Shown here: positions 27,561 to 37,648 of the stretch, piece after piece
Layout: each line of letters begins with the position of its first letter
Position numbering within the stretch: position 1 is the first letter of the stretch
NCBI GenBank assembly: GCA_040290255.1
Contig: PSMU01000002.1
Coordinates: forward strand, 128,001 to 192,000
Length of the DNA: 64,000 nucleotides
From: Nitrososphaerota archaeon
GTDB lineage: Archaea > Thermoproteota > Nitrososphaeria > PSMU01
Reading direction: 5' to 3'
Program-made: the position numbers and the translations under genes
The notes under the pieces: generated by a model
What the model was told of the DNA's origin: nothing
Database searches by the model: none
The model's input: only the letters and a program-made list of their open reading frames with translations

Positions 27561-28125
27561 GCGCCAGGCGTCCGGCGCATAGCCCAGGAGCCTGAACATC
27601 GGCGGGAGCCTCCCCTCCCGCTACAGCTGCCCCATGGCGGCGTTGACGCCGGCGGCATAGCTCTCCAGCGCCTGGAAGGCCTCGGGGGCGTTCTGCCTGA
27701 GCCGCGCAGTAGTCGCTTCGGCCGACCTGTGAAGCCCTATGAGCCTCATATAGGCATCCGAGGGCACCGCCTCCCTTGCCAGCACCTCGGCCAGTTTACC
27801 TTCCGCCAGCCTTCTCTGCACGTCCATCTGCCAGAGCCGATAATAACCGTGGAGGAACCCCACCGCGAAGAAGGCATCCGCCTCACTCGAGGCAAAGATA
27901 TAGGGCACCAGGAAGCCGTCGAAGGCGATCGTGATGGGGGCACCTAGGCCCTTTAGCTTCAGCGGGTGGAGTCCGAGAGGTCGCCCCTGCCGGCCTCGCT
28001 CCAGAGCCCCGAGCAAGGGTCTAGGAGGCTTGCGGAAGCGAGAGCTCGAAGGCCATCAGCAGGCCAATGAGCGCCGTGCAGGCGATGATGATAAGCGGCG
28101 CCGTCAGCCGACGAGCCGCCAAACC
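27555..28125 (-). pseudogene. N-terminal remnant of penicillin acylase family (peptidase S45) gene
   Basis: VPYIFA....DAFFAVGFLHG..RLWQMD..RR...G.LAEV and ALESYAAGVNA motifs. After an in-frame TAG at 27621-27623 it continues LPPMFRLLGYAPDAWRP; signal/LLDP..GLW pieces lie in other frames. Confidence 0.8.
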
Positions 28126-28176
28126 CCCTCAGGCGCCCTACATATGTTAACAAGCCTGAGCGGACCTCCTTGTGGC

Positions 28177-30531
28177 TCAGCCGCGAGCGAGAGGGCCCAC
28201 GCCCGAGGTGAGCAGGCTCCTGATATAATCGGGCGTCAGCGGCATCCTGTCGATCAGGATGCCGAGGTGCGATAGCGCATCCTCCACGGCGTTCACGACG
28301 GCAGGCGTCGCGGCGATGGTGCCGGTCTCGCCTATGCCCTTCGCGCCCAGGGGGTTGGTGTCCGTCGGGGTCTGCGTGGTGTGCCACTCGAAGCTCGGCA
28401 GCATCTCCGCGGAAGGTATCAGGTAGTCCGAGAGCGTCGCGCTTAGCGGCTGACCCTGCTCGTCGTACATGAAGCCCTCAATGAGCGCCTGTCCCAGGCC
28501 CTGTGCGACGCCCCCATGCACCTGACCCTCGGCGATGAGGGGGTTGATGACCCTGCCCACGTCATCGACGGCCACGTACTTCAACAGCCTTATCTGGCCG
28601 GTCTCGGGGTCCACCTCCACGGCGCAGACATGCGTCCCGAACGGAAAGGTGAAGTTCTTGGGCGCGAAGGCGGCGTAGGCGAAGAGCGTGGGCTCCATGC
28701 CCTTGGGCAGGCGGCGCGGGTTGTATGCCAGCGCCGCCACCTCCTTGAAGCTTATGCTGCGTGAAGGATCCCCCTCAACGAAGATCTTGCCATCCCTAAA
28801 GACCATGCGGGCATCTTCCACGCCCAGCTTGTGGGCCGCGATCCTGGCCATCTTCTGCTTGATCTTTCTCGCCGCCAGCAGGAGGGCGCTCCCGCCCACC
28901 GGAAGCGAGCGGCTGCCGGCAGTGACCGTGCTCCAGGGCAGCAGGGAGGTATCGCCGTAATAGACGGCTATGTCCTCCATCGGTATGCCCAGCTCATCCG
29001 CGACCAACTGCTTGAAGGGCGTGACGTGCCCCTGTCCATGGGGGTTCGTCCCTAGGTGGACCACCACCTGGCCGCTCCTGAGCACGGCCAGCGCGGCGGT
29101 CTGGGGATAACTGGGCCCGAACCCGCAGATCTCCACATAGGTCGAGATGCCGATGCCGATGAGCCTCCCCTCGGCCCTGGCCCTGGCCTGCAGCTCCCTC
29201 AGCTGCTGATATCCTGAGGCTTCCAAGGCCCTCCTTAGGTTCGCCTCATAATCGCCGCTATCATAGGTGAAGCCGCCCGCGCTCTTATACGGGAACTTCT
29301 CCCTCGGCACGAAGTTCACGAGGCGAACCATGGCCGGGTCCAACTTCAGCCTGAGCGCGATCGCGTTCATGGTCCTTTCGATCAGGTAGGTGGCCTCGGG
29401 CCTGCCCGCGCCCCTGTACGCGCCCTGGGGCACCTTGTTGGTGAAGACGGCATATGCCTCGCCGTAGAAGTTCTCGATGTCGTAGGCGCCCGGGCACATC
29501 CTCAGCGTAGTTTCGGGCAACAGCACGGAGTCCTCGAGCGCGTAGGCGCCGGCATCGGCGATGATCTTCACCCTTAGGCCCAAGATCCTGCCATCGGCCC
29601 TAACCGCCGCCTCCACGTACTGCTTTTGCCCCCTGCCATGGGAGCCGGCTATCAGGTTCTCCCTCCTGCTCTCCTCCCACTTCACGGGCCTGCCGAGCGT
29701 TATTGAGGCGAGCGCCACGGCCACCTCCTCGGGGCTGACGGTGATCTTTGAGCCAAAGGCCCCTCCCACGTCCGGGGAGATGACGCGCACGCGGCTCTCA
29801 TGCAGGCGCAGGATCCTGGCCAGCTCCTCCCTGGCCTCATGGGGGCTCTGAGTCGAGAGCCAGATGGTCAGCTGCCCCGAGCCCGCATCGTAGCTGGCCA
29901 CCACGCCCCTGGGCTCCAAGGGCACGGGCGCCACCAGCTGGTTGACCAGCTCCAGCTTTATAACATGGTCAGCTTCCCTGAAGGCCCCCTCAACATCGCC
30001 CTTCTCCAGCTTGACGTAGTAGCCTATATTATCGGGCAGCTCCTCGTGCACCCTAGGCGCTCCGGGCTGTAGGGCCCTCTCGGGGTCAACGACGGGCTCC
30101 AGAGGATGGTAGCTCACCTCGACGAGCTCGGCCGCATCCTGAGCAAGGTAGGGATCTTCGGCAACGACGAGCGCCACGGGCTCGCCCACGTACCTTACCT
30201 GGTCCGCCGCAAGCGCAAGCCGCTTCGTCGACTTCACCCCCTCACCCTCGACCGTGGTGAGGAGCTCCGTCCTCTGCTTCACGTCGCTCCCTGTCAGCAC
30301 GAGCCTCACGCCCGACAGGCGCAGGGCCCTTGCAGCGTCCAGGCCCAGGATCCTTGCCCTGGCATAGGGGCTCCTCACGAAGGCTGCGTAGAGCATTCCA
30401 GGCAGCCTGATGTCCCCCACATAGCGCCCCCTGCCCGTCATCAGGCGAAGGTCCTCCTCCCTCCTGAGCGGCCTGCCCACGAGCCTCGCCTCCTCCAGCA
30501 GGAGCTCGGCCCTTGCCACGGCGCTGCTCAA
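28177..30531 (-). CDS. Xanthine-dehydrogenase-family Mo-binding large subunit (form II CoxL/CutA-like), stand-alone
   Basis: [43 protein letters not shown] and GAKGIGETG motifs. Start refined to TTG 30531. Confidence 0.92.
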   Translation of the reverse strand: MSSAVARAELLLEEARLVGRPLRREEDLRLMTGRGRYVGDIRLPGMLYAAFVRSPYARARILGLDAARALRLSGVRLVLTGSDVKQRTELLTTVEGEGVKSTKRLALAADQVRYVGEPVALVVAEDPYLAQDAAELVEVSYHPLEPVVDPERALQPGAPRVHEELPDNIGYYVKLEKGDVEGAFREADHVIKLELVNQLVAPVPLEPRGVVASYDAGSGQLTIWLSTQSPHEAREELARILRLHESRVRVISPDVGGAFGSKITVSPEEVAVALASITLGRPVKWEESRRENLIAGSHGRGQKQYVEAAVRADGRILGLRVKIIADAGAYALEDSVLLPETTLRMCPGAYDIENFYGEAYAVFTNKVPQGAYRGAGRPEATYLIERTMNAIALRLKLDPAMVRLVNFVPREKFPYKSAGGFTYDSGDYEANLRRALEASGYQQLRELQARARAEGRLIGIGISTYVEICGFGPSYPQTAALAVLRSGQVVVHLGTNPHGQGHVTPFKQLVADELGIPMEDIAVYYGDTSLLPWSTVTAGSRSLPVGGSALLLAARKIKQKMARIAAHKLGVEDARMVFRDGKIFVEGDPSRSISFKEVAALAYNPRRLPKGMEPTLFAYAAFAPKNFTFPFGTHVCAVEVDPETGQIRLLKYVAVDDVGRVINPLIAEGQVHGGVAQGLGQALIEGFMYDEQGQPLSATLSDYLIPSAEMLPSFEWHTTQTPTDTNPLGAKGIGETGTIAATPAVVNAVEDALSHLGILIDRMPLTPDYIRSLLTSGVGPLARG

Positions 30532-30585
30532 GCGCGTAGGGGGGCTCCTGCCCAATTGATAAACCTCTTCTCACCAGGCCTGGCG

Positions 30586-31188
30586 TTGCTCTGCGCGCTC
30601 ATCTTGGCCGCGGGCCCCGGCAGGAGGATAGGAGGCAGAAAGCAGCTCCTGGAGCTGGGCGGGAAGCCCATGCTCCAGCACGTTATAGACCTGGCCTGCT
30701 CCCTGCCCTTCGAAAGGGTACTCGTGGTCCTGGGCGCCCACGAGGAGGAAATCAGGAAGGCGATCAGGTTCGACAGGGCGGAGCCCCTCGTGAACCCGCA
30801 CTACGAAGAGGGCCTGGCCTCCTCGCTGCGCCTGGGCTTCTCGGCCCTGTGCGAGCGCTGCGAGGCCGTTGCCATCTTCCTCGGCGACCAGCCCTTCGTG
30901 AGGAGGGAGACGGTCCTAAAGCTCCTTCGTGAATTCCAGCGGGCCAGGCCGCTCATAGTGGTCCCCACTTATAGGGGACAAAGGGGGAACCCCTGCATCG
31001 CCTCCTCCGGGCTGAGGGATGAGGTAGCCCGCCTGCGGGGCGATGTGGGCCTGCGGGCGCTCTTCCCTAAATATGCCCCCCGCATCAGGTACGTGCCGGT
31101 GGAGGACCCCGGCATCCTGCTCGACGTAGACACGGCAGGCGACTACGAAAGGGCCAGGTGGGCCTTTGGGGCGAAGGCGGGACAGTGA
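30586..31188 (+). CDS. mocA: Molybdenum cofactor cytidylyltransferase (MocA-like NTP transferase)
   Basis: LILAAG..RR.G..KQLL, NPHYEEGLASS, LGDQP, RGNP, GDVG and DVDT motifs; context. Confidence 0.8.
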   Translation: MLCALILAAGPGRRIGGRKQLLELGGKPMLQHVIDLACSLPFERVLVVLGAHEEEIRKAIRFDRAEPLVNPHYEEGLASSLRLGFSALCERCEAVAIFLGDQPFVRRETVLKLLREFQRARPLIVVPTYRGQRGNPCIASSGLRDEVARLRGDVGLRALFPKYAPRIRYVPVEDPGILLDVDTAGDYERARWAFGAKAGQ

Positions 31189-31244
31189 GGCGGGCCACCA
31201 TGTTCCGGCAAGGCTTTTATGCCAGTTCTTAGTCCAAAATTCCG

Positions 31245-32255
31245 GTGAGCCTGAGCGCCGCCGGGCCTCTAGTTGATGCGAGGGGTCGGATAGCCAAGAA
31301 GGTTAGGGTCTCCGTCACGGACCGCTGTAACTTCGCCTGCCTCTTCTGCATGCCGAAGAAGGAGGACGTGAAGTGGCTGCCGAAGCAGGAGATCCTCACG
31401 TACGAGGAGATCGCCAGGGTGGTCAGGGTGCTCGCATCGCTGGGCGTGAGCAAGGTAAGGCTAACCGGAGGAGAGCCGCTTTTGAGGAGGGAGGTAGAGG
31501 AGCTGGTCCGCATGCTCTGCAACATAGAAGGCATCGAGGCTATCGATATGACCACGAACGGCTGGTTTCTGTCCGAAAAGGCCCATTTGCTGAAGGAGGC
31601 GGGGCTGAGGGGCATCACCGTGAGCCTTCACAGCCTGCGCAGGGAGAGGTTCGCGCAGCTTTCGGGAATAGATGCGCTGCCCCGCGTGCTGGAGGGGATA
31701 ACGGCGGCCATGGAGGCAGGGCTGAGGCCGCTGAAGATTAACGCCGTGGCCATCAGGGGGTACAACGACGACGAAATCCTGGACTTGGTGGAATTTGCCA
31801 GGCAGAGGGAGATCAGCATAAGGTTCATAGAGTTCATGCCGCTCGACGGGCTGGGCATCTGGGGGCCCGAGAGGTTCATGAGCGCCAGGGAAATCCTGGG
31901 CGCGGTGATGGCCCGCTACAGGCTCATCCCCCTGGGCCGACAGAGGGGGGAGACGGCTTCCCGTTGGGCCTTTGAGGATGGCAGGGGGGAGCTGGGCATA
32001 ATAGCCTCTATGACGGAGCCCTTCTGCGACGACTGCGACCGCATCAGGCTCACCGCCGACGGTAAGTTCCTCGCCTGCCTCTTCGATACCCACTACTACG
32101 ACCTTAAGCCCCTCCTCCGCGGCGGCGCCTCCGACGAGGAGCTGGCCTCCTTCATTAGCCAGTGCTATCTAAGGAAGCCGGCCGGCGTGGCCTACATGCC
32201 TTGGGTCAAGGTGCGCTGGGAGAAGCCGAGGCCGATGCACGCGATAGGTGGGTAA
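31245..32255 (+). CDS. moaA: GTP 3',8-cyclase (radical SAM)
   Basis: RVSVTDRCNFACLFCMP, RLTGGEP, RFIEFMP, FCDDCDRIR and C-terminal MHAIGG. Confidence 0.95.
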   Translation: MSLSAAGPLVDARGRIAKKVRVSVTDRCNFACLFCMPKKEDVKWLPKQEILTYEEIARVVRVLASLGVSKVRLTGGEPLLRREVEELVRMLCNIEGIEAIDMTTNGWFLSEKAHLLKEAGLRGITVSLHSLRRERFAQLSGIDALPRVLEGITAAMEAGLRPLKINAVAIRGYNDDEILDLVEFARQREISIRFIEFMPLDGLGIWGPERFMSAREILGAVMARYRLIPLGRQRGETASRWAFEDGRGELGIIASMTEPFCDDCDRIRLTADGKFLACLFDTHYYDLKPLLRGGASDEELASFISQCYLRKPAGVAYMPWVKVRWEKPRPMHAIGG

Positions 32256-32514
32256 TATGCTGAGGGTGCGCATAAGGTACTTCGGGCAGGCCCGCGAGGC
32301 GGCGGGGCTAAGCGAGGAGGAGATGACGGTGGAGGAGGGCGTCACGCTACGCGATGTGATGGAACGAATCTTCCTAAGATATGGGGAGCTTGCCGCCATG
32401 CGGGATTCGCTGCGCATAGCGGTGAACAGGAGGCTGGCGGACCTGAGCTCCCAGCTCTCTGAGGGGGATGAGGTAGCGCTCCTGCCTCCCGTGTCCGGGG
32501 GTTGTCATGGCTAG
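32248..32514 (+). CDS. moaD: MoaD/ThiS ubiquitin-like sulfur carrier with 3-residue C-terminal extension
   Basis: YFGQAREAAG, IAVN, GDEVALLPPVSGG then CHG-stop; start may be ATG 32257. Confidence 0.88.
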   Translation: MGNMLRVRIRYFGQAREAAGLSEEEMTVEEGVTLRDVMERIFLRYGELAAMRDSLRIAVNRRLADLSSQLSEGDEVALLPPVSGGCHG

Positions 32515-32950
32515 GCCCCTGCTCGAAAGGAGGGTGCGGAGGGATGCCCTAGACCCCCTGCTCCTGCTGGAGCAGGTGAGGCGCGCGGAGGCCGGTGCCG
32601 TGGTGCTGTTCCTCGGCACGGTGAGGGCGGAGGGTGAGGCGGGGAGGGTGAAGGAGATAGAGTATGAGTGCTATGAAGAGATGGCCGAGGAGAAGCTGAG
32701 GGAGATAGAGCGCCGGCTGATGGTAAAGTGGGGCCTACAGGCGATAAGCATCGCCCACAGGATAGGCAGGCTGAGCGTAGGGGATATCAGCGTCGTCGTA
32801 GCCGTATCTTCCAGGCACAGGGCCGAGGCCTTCGGGGCCTGCAGGGAGGCGATAGAGAGGATAAAGAGGGAAGTGCCCATATGGAAGAAGGAGCTGCTGG
32901 AGGAGGGGGGCTCACGGTGGGTTGAGGGGCATGCGCTCGAGGAGGCCTAG
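32507..32950 (+). CDS. moaE: Molybdopterin synthase catalytic subunit
   Basis: GAVVLFLGTVR, YECYEEMA, HRIGRL, HRAEAF and VPIWKKE motifs. Confidence 0.94.
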   Translation: MARPLLERRVRRDALDPLLLLEQVRRAEAGAVVLFLGTVRAEGEAGRVKEIEYECYEEMAEEKLREIERRLMVKWGLQAISIAHRIGRLSVGDISVVVAVSSRHRAEAFGACREAIERIKREVPIWKKELLEEGGSRWVEGHALEEA

Positions 32951-33004
32951 CGGCCTCTATAGCTGGTCCGTGCCTATAGACTGCAATAGGAGGAACCCTG
33001 CCGG

Positions 33005-33454
33005 CTAAATGGACCTGAGCTTCTCCTGAAGGCCGTTCGTGACCTGTTTTATGTACCTCTCGGCCGCCGAGTCGAGCAGCCTGGAGCCCACGCCGGCTAT
33101 GAGGCCGCCCACGTTGGCATCCGCCGACCACCTGATCAACGTGCCCCCGCCCTGCCGGTCCTCGAGCGTAAAGGCCATCTCCAGGTCCACGGAGCTGCCC
33201 AGCCCGGTGCCCCTTCCCTTCAGCTTGGCGTAGCTGGGAGGCCTCCTCTCCAGGAAGGTGAACATGAACGACATGCTGCCCTTGATGAAGGAGATGCCCA
33301 CCTTAGCCTTCACCCTGAAGTTGTTCTCGTCCACGGGCTCCAAGCCCTCCAGGTCGGGTATGATCCCGCTCACCTGCCTAGGATCCGTCAGAAAGCCGTA
33401 TACCCTCTCCTTGGGAGCCGGCACCTCGAAGGAACCCTCATAATGAAGAGGCAT
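33005..33454 (-). CDS. coxG: CoxG/SRPBCC family protein
   Basis: VYGFLTDP....IIP, KVGISFIKG and GGLIAGVGSRLL motifs. Start refined to ATG 33454. Confidence 0.82.
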   Translation of the reverse strand: MPLHYEGSFEVPAPKERVYGFLTDPRQVSGIIPDLEGLEPVDENNFRVKAKVGISFIKGSMSFMFTFLERRPPSYAKLKGRGTGLGSSVDLEMAFTLEDRQGGGTLIRWSADANVGGLIAGVGSRLLDSAAERYIKQVTNGLQEKLRSI

Positions 33455-33550
33455 GCGAAGCATGGGGCTTAGGGGCTTAAAAAGGTTCGCCGTGCGGCCG
33501 GCGGGAAATGACGAAGGGCGGGCAAATCCTTTAAGCCCGCTCCTCCTTTC

Positions 33551-34795
33551 GTGGAGAGCTTGCAGCCCCACTACACCAGCATCAGCGACGCCTTGGAGGT
33601 CCTGCTCGGGAAGGCAAACCTTCACCCGCGCGTGGAGCGGCTGAGGCCTCAGCAGGCCTTCTCGAGGGTGCTGGCCGAGGACGTCATCGCGGACTTGGAC
33701 ATTCCCCCCCACGATGCTTCGCACATGGATGGATATGCGGTGAGAAGCTCCGACCTTGCAGCTGCTCGCCCCGACGAGCCCGTGCGGCTAAGGCTCAGGG
33801 GGCAGGTGCCCCTCGGCGCCTATGCGGACCTCGAGCTTGGGCCGGGAGAGGCGGTAAGGGTGCCCACGGGAGGTTATATCCCCAGGGGCGCGGACGCCGT
33901 GGTGCCCGTCGAGGAGGCCCTCTTGGAGGGTGAGGAGGTGGTGGTGCGAGCACCGGTGCCCAAGGGGGCCCATATCTACGCCAGGGGGGCCACGATAAGC
34001 AGAGGGGCCCTGGCGCTGCGCAAGGGGCGCCTCCTCACGCCCCAAGATATAGGGCTTCTGCTCGCGCTGGGCAGGGCGACGGTGAGCGTTTATGCGAGGC
34101 CGAGGGCCGTGGTGATCCCCATAGGAAGCGAGCTGGCCGATGTGCCCGAGGAGGGGAAGATACCAAATTCACACGGTCCGCTGGTGGCGGGCCTGTTGGA
34201 GGGCGCGGGCTGCGAGGTCGAGCTTCTGAACGTCGTCCCCGATGAGCCCCTTGAAGTAAAGGCCGTGCTGAAGGATGCCCTTCATAGGGCAGACCTGGCC
34301 CTCACCATAGCGGGCTCTTCCGTGGGCGAGAAGGATGTGACGGAGAGGGTGCTATCAGAACTGGAGGGCCTCGAGCTCCTCGTCCACGGCCTGAGGCTTG
34401 ATCCAGGCAGGAGGGGGGGCTGCGCCTTGGTAGGCCATAAGCCCATCTTCCTGCTCCCTGGCCTCATCCTGGGGACGGTCAGCGTGCTGATCACGCTGGC
34501 CATGCCTGTGCTGCAGAGGCTGGGGAGCCCCGGCTTTCCCAGAATAGGCGCGAGGCTGGCGGCCGAATGGAGGGCTAGGAGGCGCTATGACTTCACCAAA
34601 GTCGTCTATCTGAAGCTTCAGGAAAGGGAGGGCCTCCTGGAGGCCCTGCCCCTCCTGGGCGAGACGGAAAAGCTCACCGTGCTCACGGAGGCAAATGCCT
34701 GCATGGTGGTGCCGGAGCACGTGGTGGAGCTGCGGAGGGGAACTAGGGTCGAGGCCCTGCTCTTGCCCGGCTGGCCCCGCGGCGGCGAGGCCTAG
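33551..34795 (+). CDS. moeA: Molybdopterin molybdotransferase
   Basis: RVLAEDV, PPHDASHMDGYAV, TGG.IPRGADAVVPVE, GSEL and GSSVGEKD motifs. Confidence 0.9.
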   Translation: MESLQPHYTSISDALEVLLGKANLHPRVERLRPQQAFSRVLAEDVIADLDIPPHDASHMDGYAVRSSDLAAARPDEPVRLRLRGQVPLGAYADLELGPGEAVRVPTGGYIPRGADAVVPVEEALLEGEEVVVRAPVPKGAHIYARGATISRGALALRKGRLLTPQDIGLLLALGRATVSVYARPRAVVIPIGSELADVPEEGKIPNSHGPLVAGLLEGAGCEVELLNVVPDEPLEVKAVLKDALHRADLALTIAGSSVGEKDVTERVLSELEGLELLVHGLRLDPGRRGGCALVGHKPIFLLPGLILGTVSVLITLAMPVLQRLGSPGFPRIGARLAAEWRARRRYDFTKVVYLKLQEREGLLEALPLLGETEKLTVLTEANACMVVPEHVVELRRGTRVEALLLPGWPRGGEA

Positions 34796-37155
34796 GCGGC
34801 CAGGCCCTTCTCCTTGAGGATGCGCCAGACCTTTTCCGGCGTGACGGGCATGTCGATATGCCTGACGCCCAGGTGGGCCAATGCGTCCACAATCGCATTG
34901 ACCACGGCCTGAGGCGCCGCTATAGTGCCCGTTTCCCCTACGCCCTTGACGCCCAGCGGGTTGTGCGGCGAAGGCGTCACCGTTGAGTCCGTGACAAAGG
35001 CCGGCAGCTCCACCGCGCTGGGCATCGCGTACTCCGAGAGCGAGGCGGTGAGCAGGTTCCCATCCTTATCGTAGAGGGCCTCCTCATACAGGGCCTGGGC
35101 GAGGCCCTGGGCTATGCCTCCGTGCACCTGCCCCTCGACCAGCATCGGATTGATCTGGACGCCGCAGTCGTCCACGGCCACGTACTTCAGTATCTTGGCC
35201 CTTCCCGTTTCCCTATCGATCTCCACCACGCAGATATGCGCGCCGAAGGGGAACGTGAAGTTCTCCGGGTCGTAGAAGACCGTGCTCTCCAGCCCCGGCT
35301 CCAGCCCCGGCGGCAGCTCCGCCGCGCCGGCGCCGTAGCTGGCGAAGGCCACTTGCTGAAGCGTCACCGCCCTGTGGGGCGCGCCCTTGACGAAGAACTT
35401 ACCCGCTTCGAAGCCTAGGTCCGCCTCCTTTACCTCCAGCAGGTGCGCGGCTATCCTCATGGCCTTCTCCCGGATCTTCCTGCAGGCCAACGCGATGGCG
35501 CCCCCGGCCACGGGCGTGGTCCTGCTGCCATATGTGCCCATGCCGAAGGGGATTGCCGCCGTGTCGCCGTGCACCACCTCGACGTCCTCGAGGGGCACGC
35601 CCAGCTCCTGCGCTACGATCTGCGCAAAGGACGTCTCCTCCCCCTGCCCATGCGGGCTTGAGCCAGTATAGACGGTCACCTTGCCCGATGGGTGAACCCT
35701 CACGAGCGCGCTCTCCCAGAGGCCGAGGCCGAAGCCCGTGGCCCTGACCACCTTTGAGGGGCCCAGGCCGCAGATCTCCACGTAGCTGGAGATGCCGATG
35801 CCCATCAGCCTTCCCTGGTCCCTTGCCCTCCTCTGCTCCTCACGCAGTTCCTCATAGTTCACGAGCCGCTTCGCCCGCTGCAGGGCCTCTGCGTAGTTGC
35901 CGCTGTCGTAGACGAGCCCCGTGGCCACCTTGTAGGGGAAGGCGTTGGCGGGTATGAAGTTCCTCATCCTCACGTCCGCGGGATCAAGGCCCAGCTCATG
36001 GGCCAGGATATCGACGGCCCTCTCCACGATGTACAACGCCTCTGGCCGGCCGGCGCCGCGGTACGCATCCACGGGCGCGGTGTTGGTCAACACCCCATAG
36101 ACCTCGCAGTGGATGACGGGTATCCTGTAGGCCCCGCTCAGCATCGTGCCGAAGAGTATGGTGGGCACGCCCGGGGCCGCGGTGGAGAGGTATGCGCCCA
36201 GGTTGGCATAGGCGGTGACCTTAAGCCCAAGCAGCGTGCCATCCCTCTTGGCCGCGAGCTCTACGTACTGCACGTGGTCCCTGCCATGGGTCGTCGCCAG
36301 ATAGTTCTCCCTCCTGTCCTCTGTGTACTTGACGGGAATGTTCAGCTCCCTCGCAAGAAGGGCCACGACGGCATCGATGCCGTAAACGGGTATCTTGCTG
36401 CCGAACCCTCCGCCCACGTCCTGAGCTATGACCCTGATCTTGTGCTCCGGTACTCCGAGCATGGACGCGAGCAGCAGCCGGTGTATATGAGGGGCCTGGC
36501 AGGCCACCCACATGGTGATTTCACCTGTGCCGGGGTTGTGCTGGGCCACTATGCTGCGAGGCTCCATGGGCGTGGGCTGAAGGCGGTTGTTCACCATGCG
36601 CTGCTTTATGACGACGTCCGCCCGGCGGAAGGCCTCCTCTATATCGCCCGCCTTCAATCGCCACGTAAAGGCTAGGTTGTTTGGGATGTCATCGTAGAGG
36701 AGGGGGGCTCCTGGCTTCGCGGCCTCCTCCGGGCTTGTCACCGCGGGAAGGGGTTCATAATCCACCTGCACGAGCTCGGCGGCATCCTTCGCCCCATATC
36801 TGGACTCGGCCACCACGACGGCCACAGGGTCTCCGACGAAGCGAACCTTATCGACGGCCAGGACATTGTATCTCGGCAGCTTAAGGTTGGCCTCGGGGAT
36901 GAGCCAGGCGCAGGGAACGGGCCCTATCTTCGCCGATAGGTCCCTGCCCGTGTACACGCCCAAGACACCGGGCGCCCTGCTCGCCTTGCTTACGTCGATG
37001 CCCTTGAGCTTAGCGTGGGCATAGGGGCTGCGCACAACCGCGAGATGGGCCATTCTGGTAAGCCGGACGTCATCAGCATAGAGGCCGGTGCCCGTGATGA
37101 GCCTGGGATCCTCCCTTCTTTTTACCTTGGCGCCGAAGAGGGCGGTGACGGCCAT
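34792..37155 (-). CDS. Xanthine-dehydrogenase-family Mo-binding large subunit (form II CoxL/CutA-like)
   Basis: [43 protein letters not shown] and GVKGVGETG motifs. Confidence 0.93.
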   Translation of the reverse strand: MAVTALFGAKVKRREDPRLITGTGLYADDVRLTRMAHLAVVRSPYAHAKLKGIDVSKASRAPGVLGVYTGRDLSAKIGPVPCAWLIPEANLKLPRYNVLAVDKVRFVGDPVAVVVAESRYGAKDAAELVQVDYEPLPAVTSPEEAAKPGAPLLYDDIPNNLAFTWRLKAGDIEEAFRRADVVIKQRMVNNRLQPTPMEPRSIVAQHNPGTGEITMWVACQAPHIHRLLLASMLGVPEHKIRVIAQDVGGGFGSKIPVYGIDAVVALLARELNIPVKYTEDRRENYLATTHGRDHVQYVELAAKRDGTLLGLKVTAYANLGAYLSTAAPGVPTILFGTMLSGAYRIPVIHCEVYGVLTNTAPVDAYRGAGRPEALYIVERAVDILAHELGLDPADVRMRNFIPANAFPYKVATGLVYDSGNYAEALQRAKRLVNYEELREEQRRARDQGRLMGIGISSYVEICGLGPSKVVRATGFGLGLWESALVRVHPSGKVTVYTGSSPHGQGEETSFAQIVAQELGVPLEDVEVVHGDTAAIPFGMGTYGSRTTPVAGGAIALACRKIREKAMRIAAHLLEVKEADLGFEAGKFFVKGAPHRAVTLQQVAFASYGAGAAELPPGLEPGLESTVFYDPENFTFPFGAHICVVEIDRETGRAKILKYVAVDDCGVQINPMLVEGQVHGGIAQGLAQALYEEALYDKDGNLLTASLSEYAMPSAVELPAFVTDSTVTPSPHNPLGVKGVGETGTIAAPQAVVNAIVDALAHLGVRHIDMPVTPEKVWRILKEKGLAA

Positions 37156-37156
37156 G

Positions 37157-37648
37157 CTACTTCTCCCCCCTCATCTCCCTCGCGGCCGCCAGGATCGCCT
37201 TCACGATGTTCTGATAGCCCGTGCATCTGCACAGGTTGCCGCTGATCCCCCACCTTACCTCCTCCTCCGTGGGATTGGGCTTCTCCTTCAGCAGCCAGTA
37301 GGCCTGCATGATGAAGCCCGGCGTGCAAAACCCACACTGCAGGCCGTGGTGCTCCCAAAAGGCCCTCTGTATCGGGTGAAGCTCGCCGCCCTTTGCCAGG
37401 CCCTCTATCGTCAGGATATCGGCGCCATCCGCCTGCACCGCGAAGAGCGTGCAGGACTTCACGGACTTGCCGTTCATTATTACGGTGCATGCCCCGCAGT
37501 TGCTGGTGTCGCAGCCCACATGGGTTCCCGTCAGGCCCAGAACATCCCGCAGGAAGTGGACCAGCAGCAGCCTCGGCTCCACCTCGGCCTCATGCTCCAC
37601 GCCGTTGACCCTAACCCTTATCCTGTGAAGGACTCTCTGGGCCATCAT
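37157..37648 (-). CDS. [2Fe-2S] small subunit (CoxS/CutC-like)
   Basis: [20 protein letters not shown] and GNLCRCTGY motifs. Confidence 0.95.
   Translation of the reverse strand: MMAQRVLHRIRVRVNGVEHEAEVEPRLLLVHFLRDVLGLTGTHVGCDTSNCGACTVIMNGKSVKSCTLFAVQADGADILTIEGLAKGGELHPIQRAFWEHHGLQCGFCTPGFIMQAYWLLKEKPNPTEEEVRWGISGNLCRCTGYQNIVKAILAAAREMRGEK

Noticed and set aside
27621-27623. In-frame TAG in the penicillin acylase as a recoding event
   Set aside because: The gene also has frameshifts and is truncated about 60 nt later, so this is ordinary pseudogenisation.
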